Origin: Planctomycetota bacterium
GTDB lineage: Bacteria; Planctomycetota; UBA11346
Assembly: GCA_014193115.1 (NCBI GenBank)
Contig: BJHQ01000005.1
Coordinates: forward strand, 50,982 to 114,981
DNA length: 64,000 bases
Reading direction: 5' to 3'
Part shown: positions 27,425-36,350 of the stretch, piece by piece
Layout of the letters: each line of letters begins with the position of its first letter
How positions within the stretch are numbered: the stretch's first letter is position 1
Position numbers and translations under genes: made by a program
The notes under the pieces: model-generated
The model's input: the letters and a program-made list of their open reading frames with translations, nothing else
What the model was told of the DNA's origin: nothing
The model's database searches: none

Positions 27425-28486
27425 TCACCCAGCAGCGAATTGACGTAGACAACGCAGGTCGGCGCCGTTGAAAACCCGGATATCAGTGATGCCGTGGCGG
27501 ATCATGGTCAGGCGTTCCAGCCCAAGGCCGAAGGCGAAGCCGCGCTGACGTTCCGGATCCAGGCCGCCCGCAGCCAGCACAGTTGGATGGATCATCCCGC
27601 AGCCAAGCAATTCCATCCAGCGATGGTAGCGCACGGACGGACCGGCGCCGGTGCAGCGCACATCGACATCGAAACCGGGCTCAACGAACGGGTAATAGGC
27701 CGGACGCAGGCGCACTTCGACATCGTCGCGGCGCAGTACCGCGCCGAGCAGAGCGCGGATGGTGCCCACCAGGTGGGCGACGGTGATGTCGCGATCGACC
27801 ACGAAGCCTTCGACCTGGGTGAAGGTGTGGTCATGGGTGGCATCGGTGGCCTCGTAACGGAAGACCTTGCCCACCACCACCCGGCGGAAAGGTTCGTCGC
27901 GAGCGATGCGGCCTTCCTTCGCCCAGCGTCCGAAGCGCTCATAGACCCTGCTTTGCACTGAGCTGGTGTGGGTACGCAGGAGCTTCTGCTGCCCATTCCA
28001 CGCCGGACAGGTCAGCCAGAAGGTGTCCTGGGCATCGCGGGCGGGATGGTCGGCGGGAATATTGAGCCGGGTGAAATTGTAGTCGTCGAACTCGACGTGG
28101 GGGCCGTCCTCCAAGGTAAAACCCAGACCGTGGAAGACCTGCTCGATTTCGGCACCGACCTGGCTGAGGGGATGGATCGACCCGGGACGGTGGCGGGTGG
28201 TCGGCAGGGTCAGATCGATCGGCGGATCGGATGAGGTCGCCGCCACCCGCGCCGCAGCCTGGTGCCAGGCTGATTCGATCGCCGACTTCACTGCGTTCAG
28301 CACCGGACCGAGCCGCCGCTTGTCTTCAGGAGCAGCTGCACGGAAGGCGTCCTGAATGTCCTTCAGCCGACCCTGCCGGCCGAGCACCGCCACCCGAGCG
28401 GCCTCGACGGCAACGCCATCGGCTGCCGCGGCGAACGCCGCAGCGGCCTCAGAACGCAGGGATTCAAGATCGTGATCCAGCGCCAT
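27425..28486 (-). CDS. pheS: Phenylalanine--tRNA ligase alpha subunit
   Basis: Class II aaRS motifs FRYEATDATHDHTFTQVEGFVVD and AYYPFVEPGFDVDVRC. GGAGGAA Shine-Dalgarno sequence upstream of the ATG at 28486. Confidence 0.85.
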   Translation of the reverse strand: MALDHDLESLRSEAAAAFAAAADGVAVEAARVAVLGRQGRLKDIQDAFRAAAPEDKRRLGPVLNAVKSAIESAWHQAAARVAATSSDPPIDLTLPTTRHRPGSIHPLSQVGAEIEQVFHGLGFTLEDGPHVEFDDYNFTRLNIPADHPARDAQDTFWLTCPAWNGQQKLLRTHTSSVQSRVYERFGRWAKEGRIARDEPFRRVVVGKVFRYEATDATHDHTFTQVEGFVVDRDITVAHLVGTIRALLGAVLRRDDVEVRLRPAYYPFVEPGFDVDVRCTGAGPSVRYHRWMELLGCGMIHPTVLAAGGLDPERQRGFAFGLGLERLTMIRHGITDIRVFNGADLRCLRQFAAG

Positions 28487-28590
28487 GGCGGTTCCTCCAA
28501 CCGGTCTCGTCGAGGGGGCGGACGCTACGGCCACCGCCGAAACCCACAACGCTGGCGTTGCGCGCCGGTGCTGCACGACAGTCTGCAGCC

Positions 28591-29247
28591 GTGCGCCACC
28601 TGCTGGTCATCACGCTGCCATGGATGCTGGCTGCGGCAGATCCGCCGCCCGATCCGCCGCATCTCATCCTGGCCCGCTCGCTGGTGGCGACCATTGCCGA
28701 TGCCGACAACACCTATGTCGGCGGCCCAGCCCGCATCACCTGGCCCGAGCCGGGCAGACGTGCGTCGAACGCCAGCGTCTGCTCGTCATTCCTGGTGGCG
28801 ACCCTGCAGCGTGCCTATGCCCTGCCCGATGGCCTGATCCGCGAACGCTTTGGCGAACGCTGGCCCGAAGCCGACGAATGCTGCGCCGCCATCCGCGGCG
28901 GTCGCGGATTCCGCCAGCGGCAACGCCTCGACCAGGTCCGGCCAGGCGATGTCATCGCGATTGACTATCAGAGCGCCAAGCGCATCCCGACCGGTCATGT
29001 CCTGTTCGTCGATGCCCTGCCCGAACGCCGTGCGGATGGCACGTTCACGGTGAACATCATCGATTCCACTGGTTCTCCCCATGGCCCAGAAGATCAACGC
29101 GGGTCCGATGGCGGAGCGGGCCGCGGCGCCATCCGACTGCGCTGCGACACGACGGGCCAAATCAACGCCTACGCCTGGAGCCCATCCTCGAACCATTGGC
29201 ATAGCGTGACAGAACGCCCGGTCCTGCTGGCGGTGGTGACACCCTGA
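28591..29247 (+). CDS. Hypothetical secreted protein with a possible CHAP/NlpC-P60-like Cys...His signature; GTG start
   Basis: Signal peptide VRHLLVITLPWMLAAA. Cys in ASVCSSFLVATL and a downstream PGDVIAIDY....TGHVLFVD, resembling the papain-fold amidase Cys/His arrangement. Confidence 0.4.
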   Translation: MRHLLVITLPWMLAAADPPPDPPHLILARSLVATIADADNTYVGGPARITWPEPGRRASNASVCSSFLVATLQRAYALPDGLIRERFGERWPEADECCAAIRGGRGFRQRQRLDQVRPGDVIAIDYQSAKRIPTGHVLFVDALPERRADGTFTVNIIDSTGSPHGPEDQRGSDGGAGRGAIRLRCDTTGQINAYAWSPSSNHWHSVTERPVLLAVVTP

Positions 29248-29408
29248 GCCGATCCGCCCACGATTTCCGCAGGAAATCGAGCGCCGGCCAAGGCCGGGGG
29301 GCGGAGCAGGCGCCGCCGCAGGCGGCAGCAGGCCAAAGGCCTGCGACCTGCACAGCGCGGAGCGAAGCGGAGCTGGACGGCCCAACGGGCCGTGGGGGCG
29401 AAGTCCCC
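29248..29408. repeat. Copy A of a ~160-bp direct repeat containing the hairpin/palindrome ATTTCCGCAGGAAAT
   Basis: gccgatccgcccacgatttccgcaggaaatcgagcgcc...ggcggagcaggcgccgccgcaggcggcagcaggccaaaggcctgcgacctgc...gagctggacggcccaacgggccgtgggggcgaagtcccc. About 95% identical to copy B. Confidence 0.85.
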
Positions 29409-29484
29409 AGAAGGAAGGGGTCCCCGGAGCGAAGCGAGAGGGGAATGGCCGTAGGCGGAGCGGTGGGCGGATAGAATCGGCGGA

Positions 29485-29645
29485 GCCGATCCGCCCACGA
29501 TTTCCGCAGGAAATCGAGCGCCGACAAAGGCCGGGGGGCGGAGCAGGCGCCGCCGCAGGCGGCAGCAGGCCAAAGGCCTGCGACCTGCGCAGCGGAGCGA
29601 AGCGGAGCTGGACGGCCCAACGGGCCGTGGGGGCCGAAGCCCCCA
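29485..29645. repeat. Copy B of the ~160-bp direct repeat, ending 8 bp from the 3' end of tRNA-Leu
   Basis: Near-identical to 29248..29408. Ends in the GGGGGCCGAAGCCCCC hairpin. Confidence 0.85.
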
Positions 29646-29652
29646 AGAAAAC

Positions 29653-29737
29653 TGCCGGGAGCGGGAATCGAACCCGCACGACCATTACGGTCGGGGGATT
29701 TTAAGTCCCCTGCGTCTGCCTGTTCCGCCATCCCGGC
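29653..29737 (-). tRNA. tRNA-Leu (anticodon UAA), type II with a long variable arm; CCA not encoded
   Basis: The minus-strand sequence GCCGGGATGGCGGAACAGGCAGACGCAGGGGACTTAAAATCCCCCGACCGTAATGGTCGTGCGGGTTCGATTCCCGCTCCCGGCA folds as a cloverleaf. The anticodon loop is CTTAAAA and the T-arm is GGTTCGATTCC. Confidence 0.85.
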
Positions 29738-30005
29738 ATCGTTGCCTGCCGCCTGCTCCCGGCGCGGCTGCCTGGCCGCCCATGCGGCGTGCGATTCTGC
29801 GGAAATCAGATCAGGAGGCAATCGCGACGGCTGGTTTTCACATGGGTTCACTCCAGGCAGGCATGCCCGGATGAAATTCGGATCAATTGATGGAAACACG
29901 ATGGATGGAAATGGTGCAGAGGAAATGAGCATGCATTGGTCGTGACCCTATGCGGCCATTGCCCTGGCTGACGGCCACCGCACGTTCAAACCTTCGGAGT
30001 TCAGT

Positions 30006-31454
30006 ATGCCGACGTTGTCGACTGTGGACCATTCCCGACTGCTCGATGCGGTGATCCGGTCGCTGCGGCACCTTTTCAAGATCGGTTCAGGCCGAGGGTA
30101 CCACGGGCTGTTCCCGTCGCTGGTTGATCTCGACAAACCGGCGATGCTCTATGGCATTCCGCCCTGCGTTGGCGGGCAGCGCAGCACTGAGCGCAGTCCG
30201 TTCGGGGTCAATCTGATCCATGATCAGACCACCTTGCGGCTGGCCTATGAGCTGGGACAGCTCTGCGACCAGCCCGATCTCATCCGAGGTGCCGATGCGT
30301 ACCTCAGTTATTTCGCTCGGTATTGCACCAATACGCCGACGGGGCTGTTCCCGTGGGGCGAGCACGCCTTCTGGGATCTGGTCCACCGCAGGCCGGGCGC
30401 GAGCCATTGGCATGTGCCGTGGCTCCAGGACCGTTTCGTGGTCTATGACCATCAGTGCCAGGTCCCAGGCTGGCTGTGGGACAAGCTCTGGCAATTCAAT
30501 CCGGAATGCGTGATCCGTCACGCCGAGGGTCTCGACTGGCATTGGCAGGTGCTGCCCGGACCTGATGGCAAGCGGACCTTCTGCCGGCATGCCTTCGTCG
30601 TCGAGCGGCAGGTCTATGGACCCAATGGCGGCGACGACACCAACATCGGCTACGATTTTCCGCGGCACGCTGGATTTTTTCTCGTCGATCTTGCCCACGT
30701 CTATCGTCACACCCGGCGCGACGACATGCGGGCCAGGTTCGTCGAATGGGCGGAGTACCATTGGCAGCGCCGCGACCGCAACGGTCTGCTGTGGATGCTC
30801 GGTCACCTCGACCCGTGTTGCACTTTGTCGCTCGGTGTCTCGCTGCTCGATGCCACGGAGCTTATCAAGGAGGCTGATCCGGCATTGGCGGCGCTTTGGC
30901 GGGAACGGGCGGAGCGCTACCTGGATGCCTTCCTGACTGGTTCCCACGATCCGGCTGCGGGCCGGGTCACCTGTGATTTCTCTGATGATCCGACCAAGAT
31001 GGAGGCCAGTCGTCTGCCCGTGCTGGTGCCGCGCTGGACCGGCAACGCTTTTGGACCAGCGGCGACCATCGGACTGCTCTGCTTCGCCGCCTGGCGTCAC
31101 ACCGGACGCGCAGATCTCCGCCGATTCGCGCTGGATCTCGCCCAGCACTATGCCGGCCTGGACCTGCCGGAGGCCAATTCCCTGCCCGCCCGGGACGTGG
31201 CCCAGGCTCTGCTGCTTTTCGCGGATGCTTTTGAGCTGACCGGAGAGGAACGCTGGCGCCAGGTCGCCGATCGCTGGCTGGTGCAGGTTGAGAAACGATT
31301 CTTCGATCGGCCGCTGGTCAGGGCTTGGACCGGCCTGGATTATTACGAGTCGCATCAATCTCCTGGATTGCTGCTGATTGCCGTGGCGCGGCTGGTCTCC
31401 CTGCTCGGCCCGGGATTCTCGCGCCCGGTTTCGCCTGACTACACGCGCCGCTGA
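30006..31454 (+). CDS. Hypothetical protein, 482 aa, Trp/His-rich, no confident family
   Basis: Long ORF with coding-like composition, immediately upstream of a sigma-54 activator gene. Confidence 0.55.
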   Translation: MPTLSTVDHSRLLDAVIRSLRHLFKIGSGRGYHGLFPSLVDLDKPAMLYGIPPCVGGQRSTERSPFGVNLIHDQTTLRLAYELGQLCDQPDLIRGADAYLSYFARYCTNTPTGLFPWGEHAFWDLVHRRPGASHWHVPWLQDRFVVYDHQCQVPGWLWDKLWQFNPECVIRHAEGLDWHWQVLPGPDGKRTFCRHAFVVERQVYGPNGGDDTNIGYDFPRHAGFFLVDLAHVYRHTRRDDMRARFVEWAEYHWQRRDRNGLLWMLGHLDPCCTLSLGVSLLDATELIKEADPALAALWRERAERYLDAFLTGSHDPAAGRVTCDFSDDPTKMEASRLPVLVPRWTGNAFGPAATIGLLCFAAWRHTGRADLRRFALDLAQHYAGLDLPEANSLPARDVAQALLLFADAFELTGEERWRQVADRWLVQVEKRFFDRPLVRAWTGLDYYESHQSPGLLLIAVARLVSLLGPGFSRPVSPDYTRR

Positions 31455-31625
31455 TCTGGGCTGAGCGGGACTTGAACGGTCGATTCTCTGCCCGGTGGTC
31501 GTCTGGGAGTGCGGCGAATCGTTCGGGCCGGCCCGGGCGTTGGGCGTCGCTGGTAGACTGGCCCCACGGAGTGCGGCGGTCCGGGCTCGACTGGTGTTGT
31601 TGAGCGTGCGAACGGAATCCCGGTC

Positions 31626-33173
31626 TTGCGCCGCTCGGACATCCAGTGGATCCTGCGCCCCGCTATGGAGACCGCACTGCTGGACCTGCTCGACGCCCTG
31701 ACCGAGGCGCGGGTGACTAACCCGCACCTGCGGCCATCGGTGCTGGCGGCGCTGCGCTTGGCGACCGGTGCGGCGATCTGCAAAGCCGGACGCCTGTTGG
31801 TGTTGCGTCACGATGGCGCCCTGCGCGAGATCATTGCCCACGGTGAGCCGGCTCAGGATGAAGCTGCCGACCTGGTGCTGCTTGAGCGTGCCCGCGAGGC
31901 CCGGTTGCCGGTGGAGGCCCAGCTCGGCGACCTGCCGATCACCGCCTGGCCTTTGGGCAAAGGTAAGCGGGTCCACGCCGTGCTGATCCTCGAACGTCCG
32001 GCCCCGGGCAGCGGTCAATTACTTGGCGATGTGCTGTTGCAGTGGTGCGCCATGGCCGAGGTGGCGACTTTGGAAAAAGCCGAACTGATCGATGAGAATC
32101 ACCAGTTGCGTGAGGAATTGCGGGCGCAGTTCTCGGAGCGCAACGTGGTCGCGGTGTCGGGCTCGATGCGCCGGGTGCTGGACAGCGCCGCGCGGGTCGC
32201 GGCCTCGACCGCCACCGTGCTGATCCAGGGCGAGACCGGAACCGGCAAGGAGATGATCGCCCGGCTGATTCACGAGCATTCGCCGCGGGTCAACAAGGCG
32301 TTCATTGCGGTGAACTGCGGGGCGTTGTCGGAATCGCTGCTCGAATCTGAGCTGTTCGGCCACGTCAAAGGCGCGTTCACCGGCGCCGTCGCCGACCGCA
32401 AAGGCCGGTTCGAGGCCGCCGATGGCGGCACGGTGTTCCTCGACGAAATCGGGGAGGTTTCCCAGGGCATGCAGGTCCGCCTGCTCCGCGTGCTGCAGGA
32501 AATGGAAGTGCAGCGGGTCGGCGACACCGTGACCCGCAAGCTCGACGTGCGGGTGGTGGCGGCGACCAATCGGAACCTTGAGGTCGAAGTGCAACGCGGA
32601 TCCTTCCGCGCCGATTTGTTCTATCGCCTGAACGTGGTCCACCTGCAAGTACCGCCGCTGCGCCAGCGGCCCGAGGACATCCCCCATCTGTTCGAGCATT
32701 TCCTCAGCCGTTTCTGCCAGCAGAACGTGAAATACATCGAGTCGGTGCATCCCGAGGTGCTCGCCACCATGGCCCGCTATCCATGGCCGGGGAACATCCG
32801 CGAGCTGGAAAACTGCGTGGAAAAGATGGTGGTGATGGCTCCCGGCCGGGAGATCACTCCGGATTTGCTGCCGATGCCGCTGGTCGCTTTCGATCCGCAC
32901 GCCGAGGGCGACCGCCAGCATGGTCTGGCCAGCTTCGAGGACCGGATCAAGTCGTGGATGCAGTCTTCGGTGCATAACCACCTGGAACGTGGCGGCACCG
33001 CTCTCTACGACGAAGTCCGGGCCAAATGGGAGCGCTACCTGTTCGAGGCCGTGCTCGCCGCCACCCAGGACAACAAGAGCAAAGCAGCCCAGGTGCTGGG
33101 CATCACCCGCAACACGTTGGCGGCGCGGCTCAAGGAGCTGTGCGACGTGAAGCGCGAGTGGACCGTCGCCTGA
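31626..33173 (+). CDS. Sigma-54-dependent transcriptional activator (N-terminal sensory/GAF-like domain, AAA+ domain, Fis-type HTH)
   Basis: Walker A GETGTGKE, GAFTGA motif in ELFGHVKGAFTGA, arginine-finger region RADLFYRLNV, and a C-terminal HTH AAQVLGITRNTLAARLKEL. Confidence 0.85.
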   Translation: MRRSDIQWILRPAMETALLDLLDALTEARVTNPHLRPSVLAALRLATGAAICKAGRLLVLRHDGALREIIAHGEPAQDEAADLVLLERAREARLPVEAQLGDLPITAWPLGKGKRVHAVLILERPAPGSGQLLGDVLLQWCAMAEVATLEKAELIDENHQLREELRAQFSERNVVAVSGSMRRVLDSAARVAASTATVLIQGETGTGKEMIARLIHEHSPRVNKAFIAVNCGALSESLLESELFGHVKGAFTGAVADRKGRFEAADGGTVFLDEIGEVSQGMQVRLLRVLQEMEVQRVGDTVTRKLDVRVVAATNRNLEVEVQRGSFRADLFYRLNVVHLQVPPLRQRPEDIPHLFEHFLSRFCQQNVKYIESVHPEVLATMARYPWPGNIRELENCVEKMVVMAPGREITPDLLPMPLVAFDPHAEGDRQHGLASFEDRIKSWMQSSVHNHLERGGTALYDEVRAKWERYLFEAVLAATQDNKSKAAQVLGITRNTLAARLKELCDVKREWTVA

Positions 33174-33184
33174 GCGATGGGATG

Positions 33185-33382
33185 GCGATGCCGGATGAAT
33201 CCCGTGTGCTGATCACGTGGCTGACCGCGGACGGCGAAGAGCACGAGGAGCGTTGGCCTTCGGTGGAGCGATTCCGCGCCTGGGCCCTGGCCGAACGGCT
33301 CGACGGTTCCTTCACGGCTTCAGTCGAAGACGAAGACGGAGACTACCAATTCATCGAGCGTGGGCGGATCTCACCGAGCTGA
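33185..33382 (+). CDS. Possible small acidic protein, 65 aa
   Basis: ATG ORF MAMPDESRVLITWLTADGEEHEERWPSVERF... directly after the activator gene. A GC-rich hairpin GGCGATGCCCCCATCGCC lies downstream. No homology was recognised. Confidence 0.3.
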   Translation, partial: AMPDESRVLITWLTADGEEHEERWPSVERFRAWALAERLDGSFTASVEDEDGDYQFIERGRISPS

Positions 33383-33594
33383 CGCTGGTGGAGGCAGGTA
33401 TGGCCTACTTCAGATCTTGCACGGATCCGGTGCGGCGATGCCCCCATCGCCGGGAATGCTCAGAGTCGCGGAACCATTCCCATATCCAAACCAGCCACCA
33501 TCTGACCAAACTGCCGTCAGAACCGGCGTCGCGCCGGAGATGAGGGCATCGCCGCTCCGAAACCCGTACCATGGTGCTGCGTACGTATCACAAA

Positions 33595-34401
33595 TCATTT
33601 TGCCGGCGGTGCTGGTGCAGGAGCGGGCGCTAACGCAGGGCCTTGGGCCTGAGCTGGTGCGGGCGCAGGCGCAGGTCCAGGCCCAGGAGCTGGTCCAGGT
33701 GCAGGTGCAGGCGCTGGACCAGGTGCTGGCGCAGCGGCCGGCACATTCCGCGATGACAGCGCGACCCAGACGGATCCGTTGGCGTTGAGCTGATCGATGT
33801 TGCGCAGACGCCAACCTGACAAGGCGTCAGCTTGCACCTGATTGACCGTCAGTTCGTCAAAAGTCCCGCCGACGAAAGAAATGGCGGCAATGCGGTGTTC
33901 CACGGTGTTCTGGGCATTCGACGACTTGGAACCGATCACGGCTGACAAACCGGGCTTGCCATCGGCTGGCGGAGCGATCACGGCGAAGCCCATGGCCCGC
34001 TGGCCGTCGGCCGCCAACTTGTCGAGCTTGGCCTTGCCTTCGGCAGTGGGCAAGCCGTCGGCCTGCAAAGTGACGGTGATGAGACTGATGGTGGTGGTGA
34101 CCGGCGGAACCTTGGGCGGCGCTGAGCGGATGTTGTGGACCAGCACCCGGGCCGGCCATTCGCCGCGTGGGGAGACCAGGCGGAGCGATTCCGGGCGCCA
34201 GCCGGCATCGCCAAGTTTCGCCAGAAATGCAGCGCTTTCCGGCGCGACTGAGCCGTCAGCGGAAATGTCGACGGTCCCCACCCAGGACGCGAACTTGCTC
34301 TCGGGCAGGCTGAGAGTCATCGGCTTGGGCTCGCCCGCGACGGCGGAGCTGGCCAGGAGCAAGGAGGCGAGGCAGAGGACGGAGCGACGAAGCATGGACA
34401 T
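33595..34401 (-). CDS. Hypothetical secreted protein with a C-terminal Pro-Ala-Gly low-complexity tail
   Basis: Signal peptide MSMLRRSVLCLASLLLASSAVA. C-terminal PAPAPGPAPAPAPGPAPGPGPAPAPAPA. Confidence 0.55.
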   Translation of the reverse strand: MSMLRRSVLCLASLLLASSAVAGEPKPMTLSLPESKFASWVGTVDISADGSVAPESAAFLAKLGDAGWRPESLRLVSPRGEWPARVLVHNIRSAPPKVPPVTTTISLITVTLQADGLPTAEGKAKLDKLAADGQRAMGFAVIAPPADGKPGLSAVIGSKSSNAQNTVEHRIAAISFVGGTFDELTVNQVQADALSGWRLRNIDQLNANGSVWVALSSRNVPAAAPAPGPAPAPAPGPAPGPGPAPAPAPAQAQGPALAPAPAPAPPAK

Positions 34402-34595
34402 GGAGGACGTGCATGACGGCAGAACCTGTCCTTCGCAACCGCCAAGTGGTCGTCGCCTGGCCCGGTGTCATGGAAGGCGGCAGTCATGACACCAACCAGG
34501 AGCCGGGCGGTTGCCATAGCCAGGTTCCAGCCGCCGCCGCAGCCCGGCAGGCGGGTTCCCCCTGGCGTCCCGATCGCCATAATCACTCCTTGCCG

Positions 34596-36347
34596 ATGCT
34601 GAATCCCGCCCGCCCGTGGAAGGAGCGCGTTCCACCACCCGAACTGGTCCGCGAGCTTGAACACGATTTACGCCTGGCACCGCTCACTGCCCGGTTGCTC
34701 GCCCTGCGCGGGATCCACGGATCGACTGACGCCCGCAGCTGGCTGGCCCGCCGGCTTGGCGATTTGCTGCCCCCCGAGGGCATGGCCGATCTGCCGGTGG
34801 CAGCCCAGCTGCTGGCCGACGCCATCAACCAGCGCAAGCGGATCCTGATCCACGGCGACTACGACGTTGATGGATCAACCTCGGCCAGTTTGTTGGCGTT
34901 GTTCGTGCGCGCGTGCAGCCACCACGCCACGGTCTTCATCCCCCACCGCCGGATCGACGGTTATGGCCTGGGCGAGGCCAGTCTGGCGGCAGCAGTCGAG
35001 CATCAGGCAGAACTGCTCATCACCGTCGATTGCGGGATCGCTGACCATGGCTGGGCGGCGCGGATCGAGGCCGAGAGCGGCTGCCGGGTGGTCATCACCG
35101 ACCACCATTTGCCCCAGGGCGAGCTGCCCCGGTGCAGCGCCGTGGTCAATCCCAACCGCGGCAATTGTCCGTATCCGGACAAGCATCTCGCTGGAGTCGG
35201 CGTCGCCTGGAAGCTGGCTTGGGCCACGGCGAAAATCCTCTCCGGTTCAGTCGAGACCGACGGCAAGGTCACCACCCACCTGCGCTCTGCGCTTCTCGAC
35301 GCCCTGGCCCTGGTGGCGGTCGGCACCGTCGCGGATTGCGCGCAACTGATGGGCGAAAACCGCATCCTGGTCCACCATGGGCTGGCGGCATTGGCGCGGA
35401 CATCGAACCATGGATTGCGCGCCCTGCTCAACCGCACCGGCCTGGGCGAGGCGATCGCCGCCGGCGACGTCGGCTGGAAGCTCGGTCCGCTGCTCAACGC
35501 CAGCGGCCGGGTGGGCAGCGCCATGGCCAACATCCGCCTGCTCACCGCCACCGACCAGGCCACTGCCGAAACCGAACTCGATGCGATCGTCGAAGAAAAC
35601 GAGGAGCGCAAGCGGATCACCGGCATCCTGACCAGCGAACTGCTGGCCGAGGCCGCTACGCCGGCCCAGCAGGCCCGGATCACCCTGGTCTTCGCCGGCG
35701 AGGGCTGGCATCCCGGCGTGGTCGGCATCGTCGCCTCGCGGCTGACCGAACAGTTCGCCAAGGCCGCCTGCGTGATCGCCATCACCGACGGTGTCGGCAA
35801 AGGCAGCCTGCGCACGGTTCCGGGCATCCACCTCGGCGAGGCGATCGACGCCTGCCGCAGCCATCTGCTGCGGGGCGGCGGGCATGCCATGGCCGCCGGC
35901 ATCACCATCGCTCCAGAAAACGTCGCTGGCTTCCGCGCGGCCTTCGAGGCCCACGCCGTCGGCAGGCTCGGAGGAGTCGTCGCCCAGCCGGTCACCGATC
36001 ATGACGGCCCGGCGGCGATGGCTGAACTTGATGGAGAATTCTTCGCCCAGCTCGACGCCATGGCGCCGTTCGGCACCGGCAACCCCGAGCCGGTGCTTCG
36101 CCTGTCCGACATCGGTTTTCTCGGGCGGCCGCGCTTGTTCGGAGTCAATGGCGATCATCTGAAAGGCCCGGTCACTGATCCGGGCGGCGGCATGCGTGAA
36201 CTGGTGGTGTGGAAGGCCAAGGCCATCGCTGTGCCCCTGTCGGCGCCGGGTGGGCGGTTCGACCTGCTGGTCAGACCGCAGGCCAGCCGCTGGCGCGGTG
36301 AAATCCAGCCGCGCCTGGTCTATGTCGACGGCCGCAGCCGGAGCTAG
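34596..36347 (+). CDS. recJ: Single-stranded-DNA-specific exonuclease RecJ
   Basis: DHH family motifs ILIHGDYDVDGSTS, TVDCGI and ITDHHLP, followed by a DHHA1 region GGGHAMAAG. Start chosen at MLNPARP, since the ORF extension upstream is not RecJ-like. Confidence 0.85.
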   Translation: MLNPARPWKERVPPPELVRELEHDLRLAPLTARLLALRGIHGSTDARSWLARRLGDLLPPEGMADLPVAAQLLADAINQRKRILIHGDYDVDGSTSASLLALFVRACSHHATVFIPHRRIDGYGLGEASLAAAVEHQAELLITVDCGIADHGWAARIEAESGCRVVITDHHLPQGELPRCSAVVNPNRGNCPYPDKHLAGVGVAWKLAWATAKILSGSVETDGKVTTHLRSALLDALALVAVGTVADCAQLMGENRILVHHGLAALARTSNHGLRALLNRTGLGEAIAAGDVGWKLGPLLNASGRVGSAMANIRLLTATDQATAETELDAIVEENEERKRITGILTSELLAEAATPAQQARITLVFAGEGWHPGVVGIVASRLTEQFAKAACVIAITDGVGKGSLRTVPGIHLGEAIDACRSHLLRGGGHAMAAGITIAPENVAGFRAAFEAHAVGRLGGVVAQPVTDHDGPAAMAELDGEFFAQLDAMAPFGTGNPEPVLRLSDIGFLGRPRLFGVNGDHLKGPVTDPGGGMRELVVWKAKAIAVPLSAPGGRFDLLVRPQASRWRGEIQPRLVYVDGRSRS

Positions 36348-36350
36348 CTC

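Noticed and set aside
29248-29645. Possible CRISPR or integron attC from the ~160-bp direct repeats
   Set aside because: There are only two long copies with one non-unique spacer. No cas genes or integrase are present.
28786-29932. 299-aa and 256-aa minus-strand ORFs across the tRNA-adjacent repeats
   Set aside because: They run through the ~160-bp direct repeats and the tRNA-Leu gene itself. The repetitive amino-acid content only reflects the DNA repeat.
33383-33440. Candidate sigma-54 promoter TGGCCTACTTCAGATCTTGCA
   Set aside because: The GG and GC elements are about 5 nt too far apart relative to TGGCAC-N5-TTGC.
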